Notes: generated from the letters alone by a model not told the origin. 46,115 nt of DNA from Pseudomonadota bacterium (GCA_037142195.1 JBAXBA010000023.1:1-46115); one strand, 5' to 3'. Counted from the first letter of the stretch, positions 1 through 10,798 are shown. Translations and numbers: made by a program.

Positions 1-7
1 GTCCTTA

Positions 8-1282
8 TTGTATTTGGCTTTCAGCCCCACAGAGGCCTTCCAGTTTGCTATTGAAGATGCGATAGGGCCGAGTGAATCTAAAAGAGTTCCAGTCCTCCAA
101 AGCTTTGAAGTACCTAAAGGAGCTACCTATGCGGTAGTAGCAACTGAGGAATTTATAGCTCGCATCAAAACCCTGTTGAGTCGCTTTCCAGATTGCAAGC
201 CCATACCTTTTGAAAGGTTAGAGCCCACAAAGTTTTCTGGCCCCCTCGGCCTTAAAATCATTCAAGGGATTTTCCGCTCCTGTCCAGATTTTAGAACTGC
301 TCTCTTGACGGATGAATCTGGTAAGCAAGCAACGTTTGCTGTATTTCCGGAAGTTACAACCTTTGCCTATGAAACTGGAACCTACAATGACGTTTTACCC
401 CAAAGTCGCGTCGACCATGAATTCCCCACTCAATCCAAACCGAGATGGGCTGTTTTAACGAACACAGCGCCCATAGATAAAGAAAGTATTGTTCTCTACT
501 ATCCTGGGCGAGACAAGGCTGGAACCGAAATCAAAGGAAAACAATCCCAGTCCATCTCAAATTTAGGAATCCTGCGTTGCGCCTTCAAAGAAGGCTCAGT
601 AACTCACGGCAGACCAGATTCTAGAATGGTAAAATCCTTTTTAGAACAAGGTGATAAGATGTCAAAGACGGCCTATGCGCTTGGCTACTCCGAAGAAGAA
701 CTGAGTAGTGCGTGGAGTCAATATCGATCCCAACCTGAATTAACTACTTTTTCGGACAATTTCTATGACGCAACTTATTCCGAATCTATTTTTTGGAGCG
801 AAGCGCGCTCAGGTTCCCATAAATGCTTGAGCCTGTACGAACTTGCCCATGGAGATTCTCAACAAAGAAGCACTGCTGCTTCTTATCTTTCCCGCATAGG
901 CTCTAAACAACAAGACGACGGAGCCACACCAAACTGCCCAGGACTAGCTCCTACTATTGCCCTATTCACCTCAGAAGCTAAGCAGCTTCTGCCATTCAGC
1001 CCGCACGCACTGCCTCCCTACCTTGAAAAAGGAAATCTTTGTCCTGAGAAGTATGAAGAATTCACAGTCCATTTAGCGCCCCAAATTAAAAAAGCCTTTG
1101 ACTCTTGCCGTAGTCGCTGGAACACTGGAAAAAGCCCCTTGACTGCCCTATCCCTTCCAGGATGCGATCAAAACTCCATGCAGCAACTTCGTGATTTCTC
1201 TTTTTTGTCAAAACAAAAACTATCATCAGATTTTCTGGGAACAAGCGAACTAGGAGACAATGCAAATTTTCTGCTAAATTAG
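8..1282 (+). CDS. hypothetical protein (probably 5'-truncated by window edge)
   Basis: 424-aa ORF; the frame is also open upstream of the TTG to the window edge; no recognisable motif. Confidence 0.6.
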   Translation: MYLAFSPTEAFQFAIEDAIGPSESKRVPVLQSFEVPKGATYAVVATEEFIARIKTLLSRFPDCKPIPFERLEPTKFSGPLGLKIIQGIFRSCPDFRTALLTDESGKQATFAVFPEVTTFAYETGTYNDVLPQSRVDHEFPTQSKPRWAVLTNTAPIDKESIVLYYPGRDKAGTEIKGKQSQSISNLGILRCAFKEGSVTHGRPDSRMVKSFLEQGDKMSKTAYALGYSEEELSSAWSQYRSQPELTTFSDNFYDATYSESIFWSEARSGSHKCLSLYELAHGDSQQRSTAASYLSRIGSKQQDDGATPNCPGLAPTIALFTSEAKQLLPFSPHALPPYLEKGNLCPEKYEEFTVHLAPQIKKAFDSCRSRWNTGKSPLTALSLPGCDQNSMQQLRDFSFLSKQKLSSDFLGTSELGDNANFLLN

Positions 1283-1727
1283 TCAGCTATTCGACTGTCT
1301 TCTTGAGAGCTAAAACATGAGACGATAGTTCTTTAGAATCATTAAATATAATAACTCCCAGTTCATTTAGCTAAAATGAAAACTACGATGTAAACTCTTT
1401 AGCACTGATCACTTTATAAAGAAATTTGTTTGAGGTCATTCCTCCATTAAAAAGAGCCCATGCGCTTATGTGGCCTCTTAGAGCAAGACGCCTGGCATAG
1501 ACGTTTCCTTCTTCAGGAATATAATCAGCGACTTAAACCCATCGTTACGGGACCATTCTCATAAAGACTTGTTCGCTAAAATGTATAAAATCATCATCAA
1601 AGAGATTCACAGCCACTCCAAAAAAAACTCCTTGCCGCTTAAGGCTTGAGGTTATATTCGAACGCATAGTTACTATTGGCATATATCAAAATGGGCGTCG
1701 ATTGGCATTCCAACTGTGGTTTTTGTT

Positions 1728-2951
1728 TCAAAGTTCGGCCTGAACTTGCGACGTGACCTCCGCCTTTTGTTGCGGCGATGGCAGAGCCTCATCGCATTGC
1801 GATGTGATCATGAAATTTCCGACTACCTTTCCCGTTTCGGGCCGCATTGCAAAAATATTGGCAAAATTGCCTCTACTGTGGCTCGACTTTCCTTCAAGAC
1901 GCACAAGCGCAACTTCACTTGTTTGAGCTGCGTAAGGGGAATTCTTCAGCGAAAGGTCCATGCTCTTTTCACCGGTTGACAAAAGAACGTTAGCGCTTAC
2001 GCGAATAGTGCAGGCATGAAACTCCGGCCCGTTGTTCGTAACGCCAACGGAGTACGTCGAGTTGTCGACCTTGCCAATAAGATAGGAAAGACTCTGGATG
2101 GGATCAGGGCGAAAATTAGGGTCTCGAATCTTAGCAACCGAAACTTGCAGCCAAGAACGATAGAATCCAAGATTGGTATAAACGTTGTGCCCATTAAATC
2201 TATTTTCTGGCCCGGAAGTACCCTGAGTTGAGAGCACACCTGCTAACTGGAGATTGTCACCGTTGCGCAGATAGGCAGGGCCTCCTGAGTCACCGGGCAT
2301 GCCTCCTTGTGGGTCGGAATCTACGCTTTGAAACTCCAATATTCTCTTTGCCTCATCGCTGCCGCTCAATAATGCCGTCATGGTTTTGAGAATGCCGGAG
2401 CTTGAGGGATCGCCGTCTTTTTGTTGGCCGAATCCGGCTATTTCAAATGTCGCCGGAAGAGGTTTAGGAAGATCGGCGATAGAGACAGGGCTGAATCCGG
2501 CCGGCGTCTCGCCGTTAAAAGCGGTGAGAGCAATATCATTTGAAGGAACGAGCGCATTTTGCACTCCAATTACCGCATTGAACTGCTCATGGGGCAGAAC
2601 ACGTTGCACTTTGCGGATGTTCTCAGGTTTTGCTCCGGCTACGTTCGTCGAAAAAACGAAATTGATTTTTGATTTGTCGATATCCAAAAAACAGTGCGCT
2701 GCGGTCAGAACCACATTGGTGTCAATAAGAGTTCCGGAGCAGTGGGTTTTTCCAGAAGCCAGATTTTCATCAAGCACAAGCGCCACAGTGCTGCGCGCAA
2801 TGGGATCGGACTGGTCTGAAACAGAGCGACCGCCTTTTAAGAGCAATGAAGATTCAGAGATATGAAAATTTCTCATGCATCCAGTTTGAAATAATATGGC
2901 GATTAGTGTTGTGGCAATAGAGACGGCATTTTGGGTATGGTTTCTTTTCAT
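1728..2951 (-). CDS. S1 (trypsin/chymotrypsin-like) serine protease, putative lipoprotein, with C-terminal extension
   Basis: CSGTLI..VLTAAHCF (His), NDIAL (Asp), GDSGGP (Ser); signal peptide ending FQTGC. Confidence 0.92.
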   Translation of the reverse strand: MKRNHTQNAVSIATTLIAILFQTGCMRNFHISESSLLLKGGRSVSDQSDPIARSTVALVLDENLASGKTHCSGTLIDTNVVLTAAHCFLDIDKSKINFVFSTNVAGAKPENIRKVQRVLPHEQFNAVIGVQNALVPSNDIALTAFNGETPAGFSPVSIADLPKPLPATFEIAGFGQQKDGDPSSSGILKTMTALLSGSDEAKRILEFQSVDSDPQGGMPGDSGGPAYLRNGDNLQLAGVLSTQGTSGPENRFNGHNVYTNLGFYRSWLQVSVAKIRDPNFRPDPIQSLSYLIGKVDNSTYSVGVTNNGPEFHACTIRVSANVLLSTGEKSMDLSLKNSPYAAQTSEVALVRLEGKSSHSRGNFANIFAMRPETGKVVGNFMITSQCDEALPSPQQKAEVTSQVQAEL

Positions 2952-3096
2952 GAATATCCCCGAGATTTGCAGTTTATCATATTGTTTCAGTATACAGAAT
3001 TTTTGCTTCGTTCCAAAGTATCCCCTACAAGGAGCAGGAAATTATTTCAGACATGGAAGAAGCATTCCTCCCTCTTGTAACTAAACATATATCCCC

Positions 3097-3128
3097 TCGT
3101 GAAACAGATATTGATATCTGTTTCACGA
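3097..3128. repeat. perfect 15-bp inverted repeat (2-nt centre)
   Basis: TCGTGAAACAGATAT-TG-ATATCTGTTTCACGA in the divergent intergenic region. Confidence 0.85.
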
Positions 3129-3515
3129 CTATGTGGCACTCTTACTTTAAGGTAATCAAAATGAGGCGGCATCCAACCTGGTAGATCACTTACTCCCGTC
3201 ATGGGACCCCTTTCAAAACCATTACCTTGAATTCCATGAATATTCGCGCTACTGGAAGTTGAAAGTTAAATAATTCCTGCATGTTGCAAGGACATCGTAA
3301 GAATTTCAAGCAATTCGCTAAATTTGAATTCTATGATTTTACAATACCTTTGAGTAAACGCTAACGATGCGGCAATATTATCAAATATTACAACATGTTA
3401 ATAAATAATTTAATTTTCCTTTAAGAATTCTCCCAAATGAGACGATCCCCTTAATAATACCAATGCCTAAAGGCATGTCGGCGAATCTCACATCAGAGGC
3501 AGGAAAGGAGTCTTT

Positions 3516-6500
3516 TTGAATTCTAAATTAAAAAACTTCTTACTCCTTTGGTCCGTTCTCGGCGTCATGATGGGGTGCGAGCCAAAAGGACTTACAACAA
3601 CCATCAAAAGCAAAACTGCGGTGGGAGCCTTTGAGAATAAAACGGATCCTTCAACAGATCCTAGCAACAAGCAAACCATTGCGTGGACTACCTCGGAAGA
3701 CACGTCCTCAACAATTCCGTTTTCGATTTCATCCCAGTTGGTTCCATCAGGTTCTTGTAACGCTACTTATTTAGCTTATAGTTCTTCCGATGCTTCCCTA
3801 ATTGCTGCACAAGATGCCGTGACTTGGGGTGGTATTTGGCCTAAATGCACTGCCGAATTCTCGCCAGAACCGAATTCCAGTGGCTCCACCAATATTGAGA
3901 TCACCGCCCATGATAAGAGCACTTCCTATATAGTCAAATCTATTAAATTCGTCGTTGAATCGATTAACGACGCTCCCACTATCTCCTACATCAGTTCTCC
4001 ACAAATCACAAACGAAGACAAAGCTTTAACCGTAGCCTTTACAGCAGACGATGTGGATGGGGCTCTGACTTGTACATCAGCAAATCTTCTTTATTACTCC
4101 GACGCCCCATCCATAGTGGCCGCGTCAGGAGCAGTTTCTTGGGGCGGGACTTGGCCTAACTGCACCGGTACTATAAATCCTGTCGCTAATGCGAGCGGAT
4201 CCGCCAATATCATCTTTACGATGAGTGACGGTGCTTTAGCGACATCACGGTCTTTTACATTTATGGCAACAGCCGTAAACGACGCTCCTGTGATTTCTCA
4301 TGTGGCCAATCAATCTACCAATGAAGATATCGCTATAAATAATCTAACTGTGAGCATTTCTGATGTCGATAACTCACTTACGTGTGCCACAGCTCTTTCT
4401 GCTGCTTCCAGCAACACTGCTCTACTTCCAAGCGCATACATGATCATCGGAGGTACCGCACCTAACTGTACCCTGAGCTTAAATCCAGTGTTCAATAAAA
4501 ATGGCACAACTACCGTGACCTTAACGGCTACTGACGGATTGATTTCTTCTCAAGATACTTTTGTCTTAACTGTAAATGCAGTTAACGATGCTCCGACTGT
4601 TTCCAACGTAGCGAGTCAAAGCACTAATGAGGATATGCCTTTAAATGTATCCGTGACGATTAATGATGTAGAAAGCTCTCTGGTCTGTACCACAGCACTT
4701 TCTGCAACTTCCAGCAACACGACTGTTCTGCCAAACGCAAACATCACCATTGGGGGTACAGGCACCACCTGCACAGTGAGCTTAAATCCAGCTTCATTTC
4801 AAAATGGAACTTCGACAATCACTTTAACGGTCACTGACGGACTGCTTTCTTCTCAAAAAACTTTTGTGCTGACGGTGAATGCGGTGAACAATGGCCCGAG
4901 CATTTCAGACGTCATGAACCAAAGCACGAGTCAAGACACGGTTCTAAACGGTGTGCCGGTGACCATTACAGATATAGATTCCGCCCTTACCTGCTCAAAT
5001 ATAACGGCAACTTCGTCCGATCCGACATTGATCCCTTCGGCCAGCGTCACATTCACAGGAACACCTCCCCTCTGCTATGCGAGCTTGTCACCAGCTTCTG
5101 GTCAATTGGGCAATTCCACGATTATACTCACCGTCAGTGATGGTGCTTTGGCGGCAAGTGACTCCTTCTTATTCACTGTCACTAAGGCGGGCTGGAACCA
5201 GGAAGCGTATCTGAAGGCATCAAACGCTGAAATTAATGATGCCTTTGGGTATTCAGTCGGCCTTTCAGGCGGAACGGCAATTGTAGGGGCTCGCTGGGAA
5301 GACTCCTACCAGATTACGATAACTAACGGAACGACCTCAAGCGCTGATAATTCCACAGTTGACGCAGGAGCTAGCTACATCTACCGAAGAATTGGTTCCA
5401 CATGGGCGCAGCAGGCTTTTCTGAAAGCCTCCAATACAAAGGCTTCTGATAGCTATGGCATTGCAGTTGCCATATCAGGAGATACGGCCGTTGTAGGAAA
5501 TATGGGGGACTCTTCAAATCAGACCACGATCACTAATGGAACAACCTCAAACTTTGACATTTCGGTAAGCTCTTCTGGGGCTAGCTACATCTACAAAAGA
5601 ACAGGTACCACATGGGCCCAGGAGGCTTATCTGAAAGCCTCCAATGCAAATGCGAGTGACTACTTTGGCAATTCCCTTGCCCTATCAGGAGACACGGCAG
5701 TTATTGGAGCCTATGACGAAGATTCAAGTCAGACCACAATAACGAGCGGACAGACTTTAAGCACTGACAATTCGGCAGGTGGCGCAGGTGCTGCCTACAT
5801 CTACAGAAGAACGGGTTCCCTATGGGCCCAGGAAGCTTATCTGAAGGCATCAAACACTGATAGCTCTGACTATTTTAGCTCAAACGCCCTGGCTATTTCA
5901 GGAGACACCATAATTGTAGGAGCTTACTTGGAAGACTCCAATCAGACCACAATCTCCAACGGAACAACCTCAAGCATGAATAATTCGGCAGGTAATTCTG
6001 GTGCTAGCTACATCTACAAAAGAACTGGCTCCCTATGGGCCCAGGAAGCTTACATAAAAGCTTCCAATGCAAATGCAAATGATTACTTTGGTTATTCAGC
6101 CGCCATCTCAGGAGATACGGCAATTATAGGAGCTCAAGGGGAGGCTTCCTCTCAGATCACCATCACGAATGGAACCACTTCAAGTTCTGACAATTCCGCA
6201 GGCTCCGCAGGAGCTAGCTACGTCTATAGAAGAAGTGCCTCCACTTGGGTCCAGGAAGCCTATCTTAAAGCCTCCAATGCCAATGCAAATGATAGCTTTG
6301 GTTTTTCCGTTGCCATCTCAGGAGATACGGCAATTATAGGAGCTCAAGGGGAGGCTTCCTCTCAGATCACCATCACGAATGGAACCACTTCAAGTCCTGA
6401 CAATTCCGCAACTCAAGCAGGAGCTAGCTACATTTACAAAAGAACAGGATCCACATGGGCCCAGGAAGCCTATCTTAAAGCCTCAAATAGCAGTGCTTCA

Positions 6501-9041
6501 GACTATTTTGGCTCTTCAGTGGCCATCTCAGGAGACACAGTAGTTGTAGGATCATACGGAGAAGACTCCAATCAGGTCACCATTACGAATGGAACCACCT
6601 CCAGCGCCGATAATACGGTAAGTTATTCAGGAGCGGTTTACGTTTACAGGAATCTTTCCAGGATGTTTGAAGCCCATGAGATTCAGTCTGCAGTCTCGAG
6701 TTCTTCCTTTACCGTAAGCTGGAATGGATCCAATCTGGGTAGCGGGCTTGGAATCTTTAAAGTGGTTTATTCCACAACGACGCCTGGAGCGAACTGTAGC
6801 TCGGGTACTGTAGCTTATACGGGAACCTTAACTTCGGTTACAGTCTCCTCAGGTCTTACACCGGGCCAGAGTTATATCGTTCGTATCTGTAATTTCAATG
6901 GAATCAGCTACTCCGAAGGGGCTATCACGGAAGTCACCGTTAAAGGGGATGACCTTGGCCCCAATGTATTAAGTATCAACAGAGGTTCCACTTCCAATCC
7001 TGTCTCAGGGACATCTCTTATAGACTATATCGTGACTTTTAATGAGCCTGTCTTTGGGGTGAGTCCAGATAATTTTTCCTTAAATGAAGTCGTGACCTCA
7101 ACTGGCGCTACGGGGCAAGTTAATAGCATTTCCTGTACAGGAGCCATTTGCACAGTCTGGGTTAACTCTGGCAAGGTGGGCCAGCTACGGCTTGACCTCA
7201 CAAGCGTTACAGGGATTGGCGACACTTGGGGTAACTCTCTCACGGCGGGGAAGACAGGCGATCAAACCTATACTCTTCAGGGGGGAGGATGGTCCCAAGT
7301 CGCTTATATAAAAGCCTCTAATGCAGAAGCTTCAGACACTTTTGGCGCTTCCCTCGCCCTCTCAGGGGACACGGCGATTATCGCCGCTTACAACGAAGAC
7401 TCCAACCAGACTACGATCACCAATTTAACGACTTCTAGCACTGATAATACAGCAATGAGTGCAGGAGCCAGTTATATCTATAAAAGAACAGGCTCCACAT
7501 GGGCCCAGCAAGCTTATCTTAAAGCTTCAAACGCAGAAGTGAATGACTATTATGGCAGTGCCGTCGCCATCTCAGGCGACACGGCAGTTGTAGGAGCCTT
7601 TGGGGAAGATTCAAGTCAGACCACAATCACTAATGGACTGACTTCAAGCACGGACAATACAGCACCTAACTCAGGGGCCAGCTACATCTACAAAAGAACA
7701 GGATCCACATGGGTTCAAGAAGCTTATCTGAAAGCCACAAACGCAGGTGCTTTTGACTATTTTGGGGGTACCGTCGCCCTGTCTGGGGATACTGTGATTA
7801 TAGGAGCCTATTATGAAGATTCAAGTCAGACCACCATCACCAATGGGACCACTTCAAGCACGGAGGATACCGCAAATGCTGCGGGAGCTAGCTACATTTA
7901 TAGAAGAACAAGTTCCACATGGAGCCAGGAGGCTTATCTGAAAGCCTCCAATGCAAATGCTTATATCTATTTTGGCACTTCCCTTGCCCTATCAGGAGAC
8001 ACTGCTGTTGTAGGAGCCTATGGGGAAGCTTCCTCTCAGACCACGATCACTAATGGACCGACTTCAAGCACTGACATTTTGGCAAGTTACGCGGGAGCTA
8101 GCTACATCTATAAAAGAACAGGTTCCGCCTGGGCCCAGGAGGCTTATCTGAAGGCATCCAACGCTGATAGCTATGACTATTTTGGTGTTAAAGTGGCCCT
8201 TTCTGGAGATACAGCAGTGGTTGGTGCTTATCGTGAAAGCTCAAACCAGACCACGATTACGAATGGAACCACTTCAAGCGCTGATAATTCGGCGTATCAG
8301 GCAGGAGCAGCCTACATCTTCCGAAGAACGGGTTCTGTATGGGCCCAGGAGGCTTATCTGAAAGCCTCCAATTCAGCTGCTTATGACAATTTTGGGGGCT
8401 CTGTCGGCATTTCCGGAGATACAGCCGTTATGGGAGCTAATGGGGAAGATTCCAACCAAACCTTTATTACCTATGGAACAGCCTCAAGCGCCAATAATTC
8501 TGCATCGAACTCAGGAGCTACCTACATCTACAAACGAACTGGCTCCACATGGGTACAGAAAGCTTATCTGAAAGACTCCAATCTAGATGCTGGAGACTAT
8601 TTTGGCTCTTCAGTATCCATCTCAGGAGACACAACTGTTATTGGAGTCAGCGGGGAAGCCTCCAACCAGACCACGATTACGAATGGATCCACTGCTAGCA
8701 CTAATAATTCTGCAGGTAGTGCTGGAGCTGCTTACGTTTACAGGAATCTATCAAGATTGTTTGATCCTGAGGTAAGGGTGTCCGCTAAGTCTACGACATC
8801 GATCACTCTAAGTTGGGGTAGCAACCTTGGCAACACCACTCAAGTCAAGATCGCTCCGGCCGTATTGGGTAGCACCAGCCCGCTGCCTTGTACAGATGGT
8901 GGAGCCATAACATTAACAGCGGGTGTTACTAGCTATACGTATTCAGGATTAACAACAGCAACTGCTTATGGATTTAGAGTTTGTGCATTTGACGGTACAA
9001 ACGTGAGCGATGGAGCCATCATTCGAGATAACACCAATTAA
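3516..9041 (+). CDS. large surface lipoprotein/adhesin: cadherin/Big_9-like Ig repeats, two FG-GAP (integrin-alpha-like) 7-repeat blocks, FnIII/Ig-like domains
   Basis: Lipobox MMGC; ~100-aa repeats joined by (V/I)NDAP; 14 ~70-aa repeats WxQEAYLKASN..D.FG.SVAISGDT.VVGA; TTG start preceded by AAGGAG. Confidence 0.9.
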   Translation: MNSKLKNFLLLWSVLGVMMGCEPKGLTTTIKSKTAVGAFENKTDPSTDPSNKQTIAWTTSEDTSSTIPFSISSQLVPSGSCNATYLAYSSSDASLIAAQDAVTWGGIWPKCTAEFSPEPNSSGSTNIEITAHDKSTSYIVKSIKFVVESINDAPTISYISSPQITNEDKALTVAFTADDVDGALTCTSANLLYYSDAPSIVAASGAVSWGGTWPNCTGTINPVANASGSANIIFTMSDGALATSRSFTFMATAVNDAPVISHVANQSTNEDIAINNLTVSISDVDNSLTCATALSAASSNTALLPSAYMIIGGTAPNCTLSLNPVFNKNGTTTVTLTATDGLISSQDTFVLTVNAVNDAPTVSNVASQSTNEDMPLNVSVTINDVESSLVCTTALSATSSNTTVLPNANITIGGTGTTCTVSLNPASFQNGTSTITLTVTDGLLSSQKTFVLTVNAVNNGPSISDVMNQSTSQDTVLNGVPVTITDIDSALTCSNITATSSDPTLIPSASVTFTGTPPLCYASLSPASGQLGNSTIILTVSDGALAASDSFLFTVTKAGWNQEAYLKASNAEINDAFGYSVGLSGGTAIVGARWEDSYQITITNGTTSSADNSTVDAGASYIYRRIGSTWAQQAFLKASNTKASDSYGIAVAISGDTAVVGNMGDSSNQTTITNGTTSNFDISVSSSGASYIYKRTGTTWAQEAYLKASNANASDYFGNSLALSGDTAVIGAYDEDSSQTTITSGQTLSTDNSAGGAGAAYIYRRTGSLWAQEAYLKASNTDSSDYFSSNALAISGDTIIVGAYLEDSNQTTISNGTTSSMNNSAGNSGASYIYKRTGSLWAQEAYIKASNANANDYFGYSAAISGDTAIIGAQGEASSQITITNGTTSSSDNSAGSAGASYVYRRSASTWVQEAYLKASNANANDSFGFSVAISGDTAIIGAQGEASSQITITNGTTSSPDNSATQAGASYIYKRTGSTWAQEAYLKASNSSASDYFGSSVAISGDTVVVGSYGEDSNQVTITNGTTSSADNTVSYSGAVYVYRNLSRMFEAHEIQSAVSSSSFTVSWNGSNLGSGLGIFKVVYSTTTPGANCSSGTVAYTGTLTSVTVSSGLTPGQSYIVRICNFNGISYSEGAITEVTVKGDDLGPNVLSINRGSTSNPVSGTSLIDYIVTFNEPVFGVSPDNFSLNEVVTSTGATGQVNSISCTGAICTVWVNSGKVGQLRLDLTSVTGIGDTWGNSLTAGKTGDQTYTLQGGGWSQVAYIKASNAEASDTFGASLALSGDTAIIAAYNEDSNQTTITNLTTSSTDNTAMSAGASYIYKRTGSTWAQQAYLKASNAEVNDYYGSAVAISGDTAVVGAFGEDSSQTTITNGLTSSTDNTAPNSGASYIYKRTGSTWVQEAYLKATNAGAFDYFGGTVALSGDTVIIGAYYEDSSQTTITNGTTSSTEDTANAAGASYIYRRTSSTWSQEAYLKASNANAYIYFGTSLALSGDTAVVGAYGEASSQTTITNGPTSSTDILASYAGASYIYKRTGSAWAQEAYLKASNADSYDYFGVKVALSGDTAVVGAYRESSNQTTITNGTTSSADNSAYQAGAAYIFRRTGSVWAQEAYLKASNSAAYDNFGGSVGISGDTAVMGANGEDSNQTFITYGTASSANNSASNSGATYIYKRTGSTWVQKAYLKDSNLDAGDYFGSSVSISGDTTVIGVSGEASNQTTITNGSTASTNNSAGSAGAAYVYRNLSRLFDPEVRVSAKSTTSITLSWGSNLGNTTQVKIAPAVLGSTSPLPCTDGGAITLTAGVTSYTYSGLTTATAYGFRVCAFDGTNVSDGAIIRDNTN
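5193..6650 (+). repeat. first block of 7 x ~210-bp FG-GAP repeats (intragenic)
   Basis: Seven QEAYLKASN...AISGDT units counted in the translation. Confidence 0.85.
7290..8744 (+). repeat. second block of 7 x ~210-bp FG-GAP repeats (intragenic)
   Basis: Seven further units counted in the translation. Confidence 0.85.
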
Positions 9042-9068
9042 GTTCTGGAAATAGACATGGTGCGTCTT

Positions 9069-9102
9069 GGGAGCTTTTTAATTAAAAAAAGCTCTCTTTT
9101 TT
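9069..9102 (+). terminator. intrinsic terminator after the adhesin gene
   Basis: GGGAGCTTTTT/AAAAAGCTCTC stem followed by T6. Confidence 0.65.
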
Positions 9103-9483
9103 CGCTCGAAGCTAGCTCCGGTGGCGATTCAAGCACAACAAATAAAGAAAAACTGTTTCGAAATGATGGATAAAACCCGACACCGCTATATTTAATGATA
9201 AATGTCTTATACCACCAGAGCGCAAAGATCTTCAAATCCCAGGAATACTAATTAAGGGTAAACTACTTCCAATGTAGTGACATTGACAGCCGCATGGGTC
9301 ATAAAAAAAAGAAATGAGGCGCTCTCACCGCTCTGCCTTTATGGGCTGCTTACTTCTGGGCTCAGCTGGAGAGAGCACTTTAGGCTCATGACCCGCCGAT
9401 TCCAAAGCCAGAAATAGATGCGGGAGCTTGTTGGAAAGCTATCGGATCAAATTTTGCATGGGCTTTGGCAGGAGGACTTGCCC

Positions 9484-10671
9484 ATGAGCGATGAGGAACC
9501 GATGTCGACAAAAAATGAGTCTATAAAACCTGGGGGCTCCGCAACTACAAAACTAGAACGCCTCAAAACGGATGCCAGCCTGTTGATGGAACGAAAGAAA
9601 GCAGATCTTTCCATCGGCGAGTCTCGGAAAGAAAAGGAACGTAAGTTAGATGAGGAGATTGCGAAAGATCGTTTAAGGTCCGACAAACAGCTTGCCACAG
9701 AGCGGGCTGGCGCTGTTGGTACCCCTGAAGCTGCGGACCTTCACGCGGAGGAGAGGCGGATTGCCGACCAAGAAAGAGCCGCAAATCGGCTCCAAGAGGA
9801 TGAGGCGCTCCTTAGAAAGCGCCAGACACACACAGCGATGGAAAGCACTATTATTTCCGAAGAGAGAATGCAAACCGACATATCCTTGCGCTCAGAACGC
9901 CTTCTGACTGATGATGCTTACGCGTATGCTGAGCTGCTCCTTGCTGGAGAGCGGAAGACTCTAGAAATAGCAAAAAATGCGGTGGCAACCCGAGATGAGT
10001 TTTTGGCGATCGTTAGCCACGACCTGCGAAGCCCCCTAAGTGTCATTTTGATGTGTGCAAACGAGCTTACCAAGGCCTGTACCGAAAAACGGCTCACGGA
10101 GCTAGAGGCGCAGTGGGTAGACACGATTCTCCGCTATGCAGCAAACATGGGGCGTTTGATTTCAGATTTGCTCGATGAGGAACGCATGGCGACGGGAAGA
10201 CTCGAGTTAGCTCGAATGCCCCTTGACTTGCGCGATCTCATCAAGGAGTCTGTGAAATCCTTTCAGATTTGGGCCTTAAAGCTCGAAATCAAGCTTTCTG
10301 TGGATATAGCACCCAATTCCCATCTTGTCGCCAATATCGATAGTGAAAGAATAAGGCAAGTTCTTGACAATCTCATTAGCAATGCCATGAAGTTCACTCC
10401 AAGAGGTGGAAGCGTATCAGTCCGAGCTGAGAGCAGTGAGAGTGAAGTGCGAGTCTCCGTCACAGATACCGGATCAGGCATAGCCGAGGATCAACTTGCG
10501 AATATTTTTGACCGCTTCCATCAAATCAAGCATGGAGATCCAGGAGGGGTTGGCATGGGGCTGTTTATTGCCAAGTGGATTGTCGAATCTCATAATGGGA
10601 AGATCTGGGTGGAGAGTAAGCCAAAATCTGGAAGCACATTCTCTTTTTCCCTCCCACATTCCCATCGATGA
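9484..10671 (+). CDS. soluble sensor histidine kinase (HisKA + HATPase_c) with charged coiled-coil N-terminus
   Basis: H-box IVSHDLRSPL, N-box NLISNAMKF, G1 DTGSG, F-box IFDRF, G2 GVGMGL; GGAGG at 9471-9475 favours ATG 9484 over 9418; no TM segment. Confidence 0.92.
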   Translation: MSDEEPMSTKNESIKPGGSATTKLERLKTDASLLMERKKADLSIGESRKEKERKLDEEIAKDRLRSDKQLATERAGAVGTPEAADLHAEERRIADQERAANRLQEDEALLRKRQTHTAMESTIISEERMQTDISLRSERLLTDDAYAYAELLLAGERKTLEIAKNAVATRDEFLAIVSHDLRSPLSVILMCANELTKACTEKRLTELEAQWVDTILRYAANMGRLISDLLDEERMATGRLELARMPLDLRDLIKESVKSFQIWALKLEIKLSVDIAPNSHLVANIDSERIRQVLDNLISNAMKFTPRGGSVSVRAESSESEVRVSVTDTGSGIAEDQLANIFDRFHQIKHGDPGGVGMGLFIAKWIVESHNGKIWVESKPKSGSTFSFSLPHSHR

Positions 10672-10798
10672 GAGTCGCCATGGACCTGAATTATAAATAC
10701 ATATGCCCTTCAACTGCCCAATCCCTAAAGGTTTTAGTCTCCGGCTCTTTTAGAAAAATTGACGTCTAAACAATAGGATTCCTGGAGAATGAGAGAAA

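Noticed and set aside
5193..8744. Diversity-generating retroelement acting on the adhesin repeats
   Set aside because: No reverse transcriptase or separate template repeat in the window; differences are not adenine-specific
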